Shown: piece by piece, positions 15,556 to 24,546 of the stretch | How positions within the stretch are numbered: the stretch's first letter is position 1 | Layout: every line of letters begins with the position of its first letter | IMG/VR virus record: IMGVR_UViG_3300012952_001236 | Span: 1-26,623 of that record | Reading direction: 5' to 3' (one strand) | DNA length: 26,623 nt | Origin: a virus | Taxonomy: Duplodnaviria; Caudoviricetes | Notes under the pieces: model-generated | Told to the model about the DNA's origin: nothing | Databases searched by the model: none | The model's input: only the letters and a program-made list of their open reading frames with translations | Program-made: the position numbers and the translations under genes

Positions 15556-16748
15556 AGAATAAACATCTAGAACATCTAGAAGATGATATCCTTAATAATG
15601 GAAGTGAAGGTGGTAAGACATCAATTGCTTTTCTTAGGTCTTTAGGATCTATGTTATCTCAAGGAGATAAGAAGAAGGATATGAAAGTAACTACGAAATG
15701 GGATGGAGCACCAGCAGTTATATGTGGTATACGTCCTGAGACAGGATCCTTTTTCGTAGGAAATAAATCAGTATTTAATAAAGAATTTGCAAAGGTATGT
15801 TCTTCTGATAAAGGTGTTGACAGACATTATCCTGAAAGTGGATTGAATCCTATTCTTAAATCTTGTTTGAAAAATCTTTCAGTATTAGGTATTAAAGGCG
15901 TTATACAAGGTGATCTTCTTTATACAGAAAATACTAAATCTATAACTACTGTCGGTGGTAAAAGATGTATAACTTTTACACCTAATACTATTACATATGC
16001 TATTCCATTAGATACGGATCTTGGAAAACGTGTTAACAATTCTAATCTTGGTATTGTATTTCATACAACATATACTGGAGATTCACTAGCAGAAATGTCT
16101 GCTGGATTTGGTGTTGATGTATCTCCATATCAAGGACATAAAGAAGTTACTGTATTCTCATCAGACTTTACTGATACAAGTGGTAGTGCAAACTTTACTA
16201 CTGCTGAGTTAACTAAGTTTAAATCTACTGTTAATATGGCAGAAGGTTCTTTAAGACAAGCATCTAAATTTTTAGATGTGATGAAAGGAACTGATAAGTT
16301 TGCTTTTAATACTGTGTTTAAAACATTCTTCAATACTTATATTAGAGGTGGTACAGCTATTCCATCTACTAATAAAGTTCTTACTGATTTTGCTACTTAT
16401 TATAATACTATATTAGATAAAGAAATTAATTCAAAGAAGAGTGATAAGGGTAAACAGAAATGGACAGATGTTAAAATGAATGGACTTAAGTTTATTGCTG
16501 CAAATCAAAGATCAATTTATATGACTGTTGCATCATACAAGAATTTAACTGCTGCTAAACTTATGATCATTCGTAAGTTAGAGAGTGTAAAGGGTATTGG
16601 AACATTTTTAAAAGATGGAACTGGATATAAAGTTACTGCTCCAGAAGGATTTGTTGCTATAAAATCTGGAAGTGCCATGAAATTAGTTGATAGACTTGAG
16701 TTTTCTGTTGCTAATTTCACAACTGATAAGAACTGGGATACTAAATAA
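15552..16748 (+). CDS. Ligase-superfamily nucleotidyltransferase-like protein (DUF6267-like)
   Basis: KWDGAP (motif I KxDG), QGDL (III), PEGFV (IV), KLVDR (V). Confidence 0.65.
   Translation: MKNKHLEHLEDDILNNGSEGGKTSIAFLRSLGSMLSQGDKKKDMKVTTKWDGAPAVICGIRPETGSFFVGNKSVFNKEFAKVCSSDKGVDRHYPESGLNPILKSCLKNLSVLGIKGVIQGDLLYTENTKSITTVGGKRCITFTPNTITYAIPLDTDLGKRVNNSNLGIVFHTTYTGDSLAEMSAGFGVDVSPYQGHKEVTVFSSDFTDTSGSANFTTAELTKFKSTVNMAEGSLRQASKFLDVMKGTDKFAFNTVFKTFFNTYIRGGTAIPSTNKVLTDFATYYNTILDKEINSKKSDKGKQKWTDVKMNGLKFIAANQRSIYMTVASYKNLTAAKLMIIRKLESVKGIGTFLKDGTGYKVTAPEGFVAIKSGSAMKLVDRLEFSVANFTTDKNWDTK
16742..16747 (+). promoter_or_regulatory. Late promoter core TAAATA
   Basis: About 30 nt upstream of ATG 16779. 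Confidence 0.55.
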
Positions 16749-16778
16749 GTATGTGGTCTTGCACATTGTTTTAATTTA

Positions 16779-18107
16779 ATGAAATCTTTTAACAATTTCT
16801 TTGTTGAAGCGAGAACTAAGGCAGGTTTAGACGCCCAGAAGAAGGGACTTGTTCATACGGGCAAGGGATATTATGCAGACGGTAGTGGTAACATTGTTGC
16901 TAAAGCCGAAAATGGTGAGAGATTAGTTCGTCTATCCAAAGCAGATCAGGATAAACTTAAGGTGGGACAACCCCTTAATGTTGGCCCACAATCTGCTCAG
17001 GATGCACAGAACTTAAAAGACTTTGCTGATAAAGTAAAGAAAGCTCAGAAGGAGCGTGAAAAACTACAACCTGACCAATCAACTCAACAGACACAAAGTA
17101 AAAAAGATTCTGGTAAGGAATCTGCTCCTCAACGTAATAAGGGAGGCGGTTCCGTTGTGATTACATTTGGTAGATTTAATCCTCCACATGTAGGTCATCA
17201 AAAACTTATGGATAAAGTTTCTGGTGAAGCGTATAAAGATGGATCTGATTATATGATCTATCCTAGTCAGTCACAAGATTCTAAAAAGAATCCATTAGAT
17301 TTTAAATCTAAGAGTGGCATGATAAAGACAATGTTTCCTCAACATTCCAACAATATCTCTGATGAAACTGGTGGTAAAAATATCTTTGATGTTTTAAAAG
17401 GTCTTCATGCTAAGGGATATGACAATGTAAAAATTGTTGTTGGTGATGATAGAGTTAAAGAGTTTGATAATATTACCAGTAAATATAATGGCAAGGCATA
17501 TAACTTTGGTAATTTAAATGTTGTCAGTGCAGGTGCTAGAGACTCCGATTCAGAAGGTGTTGAAGGTATGTCTGCATCTAAGATGAGAAAGGCTGCTTTA
17601 GAGAATGATTTCGATTCATTCAAGAAAGGTATGCCTAAGGATACTAAACCAGAGACTTTAAAGAATATTTACAAACAAGTTCGTAAGTCAATGAAGTTGG
17701 AAAATGCTGTATGGCAAGTTGCACCTAAACTTGACTTTGATAATCTACGTGAAGAATATTTCCAAGAGAATATCTTCAATGTTGGTGAGATTGTAGAGAG
17801 CCTAACTACTGGTATAATCGGAGAGATTATTGTCAGAGGTTCTAATTATGTCATCATCCTAGATGAAGAAGGTAGAACTTTTAGAACTTGGTTAGATAAT
17901 ATATCTTTAGTAGAAGTTGTTAAGGATGCTAGTGTAAGTAGACCAGATCAATCTAATTTCTCAGCCGATGATGGTAGTGGAAATAGTTGGAAAGTTGGTA
18001 CTGATGAATACACAAATGCACTATTACAGATGACTCCTGGCCAATCTACCAAAAAGAAAACCCCACTAAATAGTACTAAAAAGAATGAAAACGATGGACA
18101 TAAATAA
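16779..18107 (+). CDS. Cytidylyltransferase-like (HIGH-motif) nucleotidyltransferase
   Basis: FGRFNPPHVGH, KNPL, VVGDDR, MSASKMR. Confidence 0.88.
   Translation: MKSFNNFFVEARTKAGLDAQKKGLVHTGKGYYADGSGNIVAKAENGERLVRLSKADQDKLKVGQPLNVGPQSAQDAQNLKDFADKVKKAQKEREKLQPDQSTQQTQSKKDSGKESAPQRNKGGGSVVITFGRFNPPHVGHQKLMDKVSGEAYKDGSDYMIYPSQSQDSKKNPLDFKSKSGMIKTMFPQHSNNISDETGGKNIFDVLKGLHAKGYDNVKIVVGDDRVKEFDNITSKYNGKAYNFGNLNVVSAGARDSDSEGVEGMSASKMRKAALENDFDSFKKGMPKDTKPETLKNIYKQVRKSMKLENAVWQVAPKLDFDNLREEYFQENIFNVGEIVESLTTGIIGEIIVRGSNYVIILDEEGRTFRTWLDNISLVEVVKDASVSRPDQSNFSADDGSGNSWKVGTDEYTNALLQMTPGQSTKKKTPLNSTKKNENDGHK
18067..18072 (+). promoter_or_regulatory. Late promoter core TAAATA
   Basis: Just upstream of ATG 18085; a second ATAAATA lies at 18100-18106. 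Confidence 0.5.
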
Positions 18108-19929
18108 CGTATCGACATTCATTACTCTAGATCCCTCTAAACTTTTTAATGCAGAAGGTTTATATAATAGGGCTATGGTGATGTATGAAGGAGATGAAGA
18201 TCTCATTGAATCGTTCTTGAAAGAACATCTTGCTAGTGATTCACTTGCATATGCAATGCATCTACTAGAAGAAACTAGTTCAACTTCATATATGGGAGTT
18301 AAGATCCATTATAATGGTACGTCTTTTAGTGCTCCAACTGCTGGAGTTTATGGTGTAAAGTCAAGACCAGAGATTAAGGCAAGGATTAAAGCAAAAGTTT
18401 TAAAGAGAAATGATAATCAGAATAAGGCAGCAGCTCTTAAGAAAGAAGAAGTAGAAATAGTTGATGAAGGAAAAGGAAAGAAAGAACCTCGTTGGCAAGA
18501 TGATGATTGCGATGGTAAGTGGTATGAGAAATCTGATACTGATGGTAAGATCAGTAAGAGAGAAAAGAAGGCAAAGGCAAAGCAGTATTCAGAGAAGTAT
18601 GATAACACCAAATCACCTGATTATGAGAAGAAGAAAAAGGCTCTTGCTAAAAAGCATGGTGGAGAAGACAAAATAAAAGGTCATCCTCAGTATGAAGGAA
18701 AAGAAAAAGGTCTTGATGGTAAAGCATGTTGGAAAGGATATAAACTTGCTGGTACTAAAAAGAAAGGTGGAAAGACCGTTGATAATTGTGTGAAAGAAGA
18801 ACCAGAAATTGTTGATGAGATGAATACTGAGTTATCTTCTATCAAACAGAAGTTTAAAGGTAAGATGACTAAATCATCTGTTGTTAAAAGATTAAAGGAT
18901 AGAGGTGAGAGTAAGAGAGAATTTAGAAATTCTTATAAGAAAGATATTGATGGAGGATATGTAGGGCCACATAAACCTAGTAAGTCTAATCTTAAGACCT
19001 CTTTACAGAAGATGAAGAAAGAGGATGTGGAAGTAATTACTACTCCAGAGGGTGGTTGTACTACTAGAAAAGATCAGTTAGTTAATATTGGTGAGGAAGG
19101 TTATGATCGTATGAGAGATGACCGTCTTGTAAAGTATGGCATAGGACATGATGGTTCTGATAGGAAACCAAGTCAGTCTGTACCAAAGTCAAAAGTAAAA
19201 GGAAAGACTGTTCTTCAAAGAGAAACAGAGAAGAAGTATGGTAAAGGTAAGTCACCACTTGATATTGTTAAAGCAAAGATCACTGCTAAACATGGTAAAG
19301 GTGCTATAATGTCAAAGGAATCAATTGAAGAAGCAGCTGCTCCACAACAAGATAGTAAAGTTAAGAGACAGAACATGTTAAAGAGACAGGTTCTAATGAA
19401 GAAACTACAAGCAGTTAGAGCTGGTGGTGGAGCAGATGTTGTTGCATCATATCAGCCAGAAGGTGAGTTAGTTACTGATGAGTATACAGTAACCAATGCA
19501 GATAAGAAAGGTAATACTAAAGCCTGGCAGAATTACAAATCAAATAAGAAAAATGTGAAGACTGGTAAGCCTCTATATAAAGCAGCGGATCATGTTAAAG
19601 AAGAAAGTGATCTAGACACTAAGTTTTCTGAGATAGTATCAGAGAATAGTTCTTTAGAACCTCAAGCAAAAGCAATTGATGTTGCTAATAAGAACATGAG
19701 TGTTAAAGGTAAGAAAAAAGGAAACGTTCTTATCAACCCTGAAGTAAAAACCAACGTGGATGAATCTATGGAAAATCAAAAAGACAATCTGCAAGAAGTA
19801 GATTTGAATACTCGTAGTGTTGACTACGGTCAAGAAATTAAGAACGCAGAACCAATCAAAAAGAAAAAGCCTTTGAAAGACTTTAAGAAACTTGCTGGTG
19901 CTGCTGCAAAGAATAAAAAGTTAGGATGA
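18085..19929 (+). CDS. Lys/Glu-rich modular protein, probable internal head protein
   Basis: 614 aa of short basic modules (e.g. CWKGY...KGGKTVDNCVKE) separated by hydrophobic-X-E sites; late promoter motif upstream. Confidence 0.6.
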   Translation: MKTMDINNVSTFITLDPSKLFNAEGLYNRAMVMYEGDEDLIESFLKEHLASDSLAYAMHLLEETSSTSYMGVKIHYNGTSFSAPTAGVYGVKSRPEIKARIKAKVLKRNDNQNKAAALKKEEVEIVDEGKGKKEPRWQDDDCDGKWYEKSDTDGKISKREKKAKAKQYSEKYDNTKSPDYEKKKKALAKKHGGEDKIKGHPQYEGKEKGLDGKACWKGYKLAGTKKKGGKTVDNCVKEEPEIVDEMNTELSSIKQKFKGKMTKSSVVKRLKDRGESKREFRNSYKKDIDGGYVGPHKPSKSNLKTSLQKMKKEDVEVITTPEGGCTTRKDQLVNIGEEGYDRMRDDRLVKYGIGHDGSDRKPSQSVPKSKVKGKTVLQRETEKKYGKGKSPLDIVKAKITAKHGKGAIMSKESIEEAAAPQQDSKVKRQNMLKRQVLMKKLQAVRAGGGADVVASYQPEGELVTDEYTVTNADKKGNTKAWQNYKSNKKNVKTGKPLYKAADHVKEESDLDTKFSEIVSENSSLEPQAKAIDVANKNMSVKGKKKGNVLINPEVKTNVDESMENQKDNLQEVDLNTRSVDYGQEIKNAEPIKKKKPLKDFKKLAGAAAKNKKLG

Positions 19930-20417
19930 AACTAAGACTAGAAATTCCATCAACACCAGAGGCATTTAGTGCTGGTCTGATGTTTAGGGAAAGTCTTGAT
20001 AAAAATAGTGGAATGCTTTTTGTATTTGAAAAAGCAGGTGAGAAGTCATTTCATATGACAAATACTACTATTCCTTTAGATATTGCTTTTATTAATGAAG
20101 ATGGTATCATTGAAACTATTAAGGAACTTAAACCATTAGATGAGACATATGTTTTTTCTGATGCAAGAGTTCTCTATGCAATAGAAGTAAACCGTGGATG
20201 GTTTACTGAGAATAATATAAGAGTTGGTGATAAAATTCTTGAATCATTAAAGGATGAACTTCTTGGTAATGCTAGAAAGAAACATGCTGATGCAGAGAAA
20301 AAGAAGTTTAAAGATTTTAGAGCTAAAGCAAAAGAAGTTAAAAAGAAAGGAATACAGTTCTTTGATAAGAAAGGAACTGGTAGAATAATAGATGGCAAAA
20401 AGGTTTATAAGAGATGA
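19926..20417 (+). CDS. DUF192-family protein with a basic C-terminal tail
   Basis: GLMFRESL---GMLFVF, F-M-NT-IPLDIAFI, YAIEVN-G-F----I-VGD. Confidence 0.88.
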   Translation: MKLRLEIPSTPEAFSAGLMFRESLDKNSGMLFVFEKAGEKSFHMTNTTIPLDIAFINEDGIIETIKELKPLDETYVFSDARVLYAIEVNRGWFTENNIRVGDKILESLKDELLGNARKKHADAEKKKFKDFRAKAKEVKKKGIQFFDKKGTGRIIDGKKVYKR

Positions 20418-20725
20418 GTTTACCAGAAATACCTAATGATCCTTGGTTTAATAAACCTCACCCCCATGATAGTATGCCTATAGCACGTGACCCTAATGAA
20501 AATCCTAGACCTGAAGAAGAAATAGCATGGGATCTAGAGTTAATGAAAAAATCAATTATAGATGCTGCTGATGCTGATACTTATGCATCACGACATGAAT
20601 CAACACCTGAGTTTGAAAAGACTGCTGAAGAGGTGGTAAGTATGCATGAAAAGATGTATAGGATGGCAAGAGCAAAGTACAATCCTTTTTCCATTGGCGG
20701 CTCTGAAAGTATTACTGATAAATAA
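20414..20725 (+). CDS. Hypothetical protein (103 aa)
   Basis: ATGA overlap with the previous gene. Confidence 0.7.
   Translation: MSLPEIPNDPWFNKPHPHDSMPIARDPNENPRPEEEIAWDLELMKKSIIDAADADTYASRHESTPEFEKTAEEVVSMHEKMYRMARAKYNPFSIGGSESITDK
20718..20724 (+). promoter_or_regulatory. Late promoter (ATAAATA)
   Basis: Upstream of ORF 20746. Confidence 0.55.
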
Positions 20726-20745
20726 AGTTAATTACTTTATTAATC

Positions 20746-20934
20746 ATGACTAATTTTTTACTACCTATCGCAATCAATGTTATTAACAAGGCGGTAGATA
20801 AAATACCTGAAGATCTAGAAGAGAAACTAAAAGTGTTTCTTATCGGACTTCTTAAGAAGGCTGCTGCTAAATCAGGCAACAAAGTAGACGATCAACTAGT
20901 TGAAGCATTAGAAAAAGCTCTACTAGAAGGATAG
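20746..20934 (+). CDS. Small amphipathic helical hypothetical protein (62 aa)
   Basis: LLKK----S-N-VDD-LV pattern; late promoter motif upstream. Confidence 0.75.
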   Translation: MTNFLLPIAINVINKAVDKIPEDLEEKLKVFLIGLLKKAAAKSGNKVDDQLVEALEKALLEG

Positions 20935-20945
20935 TCACAAAGTTT

Positions 20946-20953
20946 TATAAATA
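20946..20953 (+). promoter_or_regulatory. Late promoter TATAAATA
   Basis: Perfect T4 late consensus in the intergenic gap before 20991. Confidence 0.8.
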
Positions 20954-20990
20954 AAATATAGGTATACCCGAATCCACGGAGAAATAGGAA

Positions 20991-22313
20991 ATGGCTGTTT
21001 TTGGAACAATAGATGGTAAGGCGTTTGGCAATACTGTAGCAGTTACACAAAATGACGCTACCGTAACTAAAAACGCTGGAGACGCCATCAACGTTGGAGA
21101 CATATTAGAATTAATAAATGTCCCTTATATCGTTAAGCAAGTGAATAGTACAACAAGTATTGAACTACATAAACCTTATGTAGCTGCGACTAATAATAGT
21201 CTTGGTGCTTCAAGTGCTGTTCGCCGTACTGCTCCTAAAGCAGTCGCTGAATATGTAATTAAGGGAGGAGATAGTAATGCATACGATTTAGTATTTGCAG
21301 ATGCTACAGAACAATCACTCGCAGTTAATAGAAAGAGAGGAATTACAAGTCCTGGCTGGTGGTTGTATCGCAGTTTTACAGACGTAGAAGGTACTACTCG
21401 TCATAAAGCAGAATGTATAGCATTCGTTAACATGGCTGCAAGTGCTGCTGTTGGTGATGATGCTGATGATTCAATACTAGGAGACTTTAACTCAGTTATT
21501 GCTATTAGTGCTCAACCTGCTAGTGCAACAACATATACTCCTGCTGGTGCAGTTGGTACATTCTCACACAACGGTGCTGCTAATGGATCAAGAACTGCTG
21601 GAACATACACAGTAACTAATGCTGCTGGTTCTGCATCTGGTTCAGGTGCTGACTTTACAGTTGTTGTTGCCGCAAATGGAACACCAACAGTTACTTTAGT
21701 ATCTGGTGGTACAGGTTACGTTGACAATGAAACAATCACAATCGCTGACTCATCACTAGGTGGTGGAGGTGGTGCTGCTGTTGTTGTTACTGTAACTGCT
21801 AAGGCAACTGCTGCACATACATTCAGTGTAACTGCTGCTTCTACTGGTCAGGCTGCTGCATTTGATGGTGCTGCCAACGCTGGTGCTACAGGAAGTAGAA
21901 CTGCTGGTACTTACGCTATAAGTGCTACAGGTGGAACAGGATCAGGTGCAACATTCTCTGTTGTAATTGCTGCTAACGGATCTGCAAGTATCACGATGAC
22001 CAATGGTGGTGGTGGATACACAGATAACGATACATTAACGCTAAGTAGAACTGGTACATACGGTGGTGCTTCAAACGTTACTGTTAATGTTAACGGTATT
22101 AATAACGGAACACTTACATATCAGTGGCAGAAACGCACATCATCTTCTGGAAGATTCTCTAATGTTAGTGGTGCTACAAGTGCAACACTTGCTCTTACCA
22201 GTCAGGTTGCTGGAAACAACGGTAATCAGTTCCGTGTTAAGATCAACAATGGTGTTGGTGCAACAGAAGTTACATCAAATACTGCTACACTAACTGTTAC
22301 AGACAATACATGA
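20991..22313 (+). CDS. Virion structural protein with an Ig-like domain and two internal repeats
   Basis: A/T/G/S-rich; PGWW motif; Ig-like strands (QPAS, TFSVTA, TYQWQ, GATSATL, FRVKI, SNTATLTV); perfect late promoter. Confidence 0.8.
   Translation: MAVFGTIDGKAFGNTVAVTQNDATVTKNAGDAINVGDILELINVPYIVKQVNSTTSIELHKPYVAATNNSLGASSAVRRTAPKAVAEYVIKGGDSNAYDLVFADATEQSLAVNRKRGITSPGWWLYRSFTDVEGTTRHKAECIAFVNMAASAAVGDDADDSILGDFNSVIAISAQPASATTYTPAGAVGTFSHNGAANGSRTAGTYTVTNAAGSASGSGADFTVVVAANGTPTVTLVSGGTGYVDNETITIADSSLGGGGGAAVVVTVTAKATAAHTFSVTAASTGQAAAFDGAANAGATGSRTAGTYAISATGGTGSGATFSVVIAANGSASITMTNGGGGYTDNDTLTLSRTGTYGGASNVTVNVNGINNGTLTYQWQKRTSSSGRFSNVSGATSATLALTSQVAGNNGNQFRVKINNGVGATEVTSNTATLTVTDNT
21585..22100 (+). 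repeat. Two divergent ~70-aa repeats (GSRTAGTY...GSGA-F-VV-AANG...GG-GY-DN-T-T)
   Basis: Copies begin at 21585 and 21891. Confidence 0.85.
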
Positions 22314-22337
22314 TAATTAACTAAAGGATTCTTTGTT

Positions 22338-22700
22338 ATGAAATTTGATGAGTTGAATGATGACAACTTCCTTTTATTTGCTATAAAGTATTATGATAAT
22401 CCTCAGTGTTCTACCAAGGACGATTTCTATGAGGATTTGAAAAGATTTAAGTATATTAAAAGGTTGTTAAAAAAATATATAAAGACGGGTGAATTAAAAA
22501 CACACCTATTATTAAATCATATTATTATAATATATAATATATTTGGTGATGCTGGTACTCCTTTACTATTCTATAAATTAGATAAGGAGTCTTGGTCTTC
22601 TTTGAAAGCTATTTTATTATTCTTAAATAGAATTCAAGAAGATGAATTACCTGATATAACATTGGATGAGTATTGTTTAGCGGAGTTACATAAGATCTAA
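22338..22700 (+). CDS. Conserved T4-like phage hypothetical protein
   Basis: F-LFAIK-Y-NP-C----F-EDLKRFKYIKRL...LNHII---NIFG pattern, recognisable from T4-like marine phages. Confidence 0.8.
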   Translation: MKFDELNDDNFLLFAIKYYDNPQCSTKDDFYEDLKRFKYIKRLLKKYIKTGELKTHLLLNHIIIIYNIFGDAGTPLLFYKLDKESWSSLKAILLFLNRIQEDELPDITLDEYCLAELHKI

Positions 22701-23173
22701 TGAACAAGGAAGAACAATATGCTATGTGGGAAAATGGTATTCCCGCCAATAACGCTTCTGGTGGGTCTATTGCTGGACTTCCCCCTGATGAACCTCCTGT
22801 GTTCAAAAAGAAAAAGAAATTAGATGGTAGATATAAAGATGTTAAAAAGTTTGTAACGAAACTATTAAAGAGAAGACAGAAGAGAGAAGATAGATTAAGA
22901 AGAAAGACTACATTAGAAGAAGAGTTACTTATATTACAGGAAAGTGGTGGTAAAGTAATAGACCAACTGAAAAAGATATCTGCTGCTGGTGGTACAGGTA
23001 CGGTTATATTTGATGATGGAAGTAAACAGCCAGTCAACCCTGCTGAAGCAGGTAAGATGGTTACATTATATCAGGATTTAAATGCTAGTAATCGTGTTAA
23101 GATGATTAGATCTATTAATACATCTACACAGGGTTATGAGAAAGTAAAAGCATTTGCTCAGTCTAGAACATGA
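22700..23173 (+). CDS. Hypothetical protein (157 aa)
   Basis: TAATG coupling; IAGLPPDEPPV followed by a basic tract. Confidence 0.75.
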   Translation: MNKEEQYAMWENGIPANNASGGSIAGLPPDEPPVFKKKKKLDGRYKDVKKFVTKLLKRRQKREDRLRRKTTLEEELLILQESGGKVIDQLKKISAAGGTGTVIFDDGSKQPVNPAEAGKMVTLYQDLNASNRVKMIRSINTSTQGYEKVKAFAQSRT

Positions 23174-23547
23174 TGGCTAGAGTGAACGACGCTATACTAG
23201 AGCGACTGGAGAGAGTAATCGAAACTCTCCAAGAAAACAATCAAAAGATGGGACAGATGCTCGCTGTCCATGATGAAAAATTAGACAAACAGGATAGGAT
23301 TGATGCAGTACTATTTGAGAAAGTGGAATCGCTTCATAGAGAGGTCAGCCGTACGAGTGCAGAGATTAAGGCAGGATGTGAGAGAGATATTCGCAAGGTA
23401 GATGATAGACTCAGGATCATGGAAAAGAAAATGTGGAGCATATTTGGTGCTCTTGCTGTTATTTCTTTCGTCGTGTCTCCAGTCGGACAAAAAATAATCC
23501 GTCCACTGTTGACACCATCAACACCATCTGTTATAATACAATCATAA
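23170..23547 (+). CDS. Coiled-coil protein with a C-terminal membrane segment
   Basis: Heptad-like N-terminus; WSIFGALAVISFVVS hydrophobic helix. Confidence 0.75.
   Translation: MMARVNDAILERLERVIETLQENNQKMGQMLAVHDEKLDKQDRIDAVLFEKVESLHREVSRTSAEIKAGCERDIRKVDDRLRIMEKKMWSIFGALAVISFVVSPVGQKIIRPLLTPSTPSVIIQS
23509..23537 (+). promoter_or_regulatory. Consensus sigma70 (early) promoter for primase-nrdA
   Basis: TTGACA (23509-23514), 17 nt, TATAAT (23532-23537), extended -10 TG. Confidence 0.9.
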
Positions 23548-23562
23548 TTATGATGGACTTGA

Positions 23563-24546
23563 ATGTCTTATGTTGATCTTAAATATATTGGCATTGTATC
23601 CCCAAGGTTAGAAAAATTTGCAAAGAAGAAAGATTATCTTTATAACTTTCGATGTCCCTATTGTGGCGATTCTAAACGAAACAAGAATCGTGCAAGAGGG
23701 TTTTTCTTTCTGAAGAAATCAGATATGATGTTTAAGTGCCACAACTGTGGTGTTGGAAGGAATCTGGCTAATTTTTTAAAGGATATAGATGTCACTTTAC
23801 ATGATCAATATATCATGGAAAGGTTTAAAAATGGTACTACTGGTAAGGCTACTAACACTCCAAATCCTAAGTTTGAATTTGAAAAACCAGAGTTTTCAAA
23901 TCGTGAACAATTATCAAAACTGAAGAAAATATCAGAACTAAATAAATTACACCCATCAGTAAAATATCTTGCTAGTAGGAGCATCCCAGAGGAATATTAT
24001 TCAGTCCTGTACTACGCTGAAGACTTTAATACATGGGCAAAAACAGGAAGTACCTATAAGGAGGATAGGATTGTCATACCATTATTAGATCCAAACGGTA
24101 AGATGTTTGGATATCAAGGTAGAGCACTTAATAAACTATCTAAACTTCGTTATATAACAACAATACTAGATGATTCTTATCCTAAAGTTTATGGACTCGA
24201 CAGAGTAAACCCCAATGAAAAGATTTATGTCACTGAAGGCCCGTTTGATTCCCTCTTCTTGGGTAATTCCATTGCGATGGTTGGGTCTGATCTTGATTGC
24301 AGGTCGTTTGGTTGGAGCGATTATATTTACGTTTATGATAACGAACCTCGTAACAGAGAAATCGTCAACCGAATCGCAAAATCCATTGATAGAGGAGATC
24401 AAGTAGTAATCTGGCCATCTAATGTTTCTGAAAAGGACATTAATGATATGGTAATGGCTGGACTAGATGTAAATGATATGGTACAATCTAATTACTATTC
24501 TGGTATAGAAGCAAACATTAAATTTAACCACTGGAAGAAAGTATGA
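23563..24546 (+). CDS. gp61: DNA primase (T4 gp61-like)
   Basis: Zn ribbon CPYCGD...CHNC; TOPRIM motifs EGPFDS and YDNE; KDINDM. Confidence 0.96.
   Translation: MSYVDLKYIGIVSPRLEKFAKKKDYLYNFRCPYCGDSKRNKNRARGFFFLKKSDMMFKCHNCGVGRNLANFLKDIDVTLHDQYIMERFKNGTTGKATNTPNPKFEFEKPEFSNREQLSKLKKISELNKLHPSVKYLASRSIPEEYYSVLYYAEDFNTWAKTGSTYKEDRIVIPLLDPNGKMFGYQGRALNKLSKLRYITTILDDSYPKVYGLDRVNPNEKIYVTEGPFDSLFLGNSIAMVGSDLDCRSFGWSDYIYVYDNEPRNREIVNRIAKSIDRGDQVVIWPSNVSEKDINDMVMAGLDVNDMVQSNYYSGIEANIKFNHWKKV

Noticed and set aside
18417-18676. Alternative-frame ORFs in the Lys-rich gene, and 22063-22293 in the Ig-domain gene
   Set aside because: By-products of biased amino-acid composition; no start signals or motifs.
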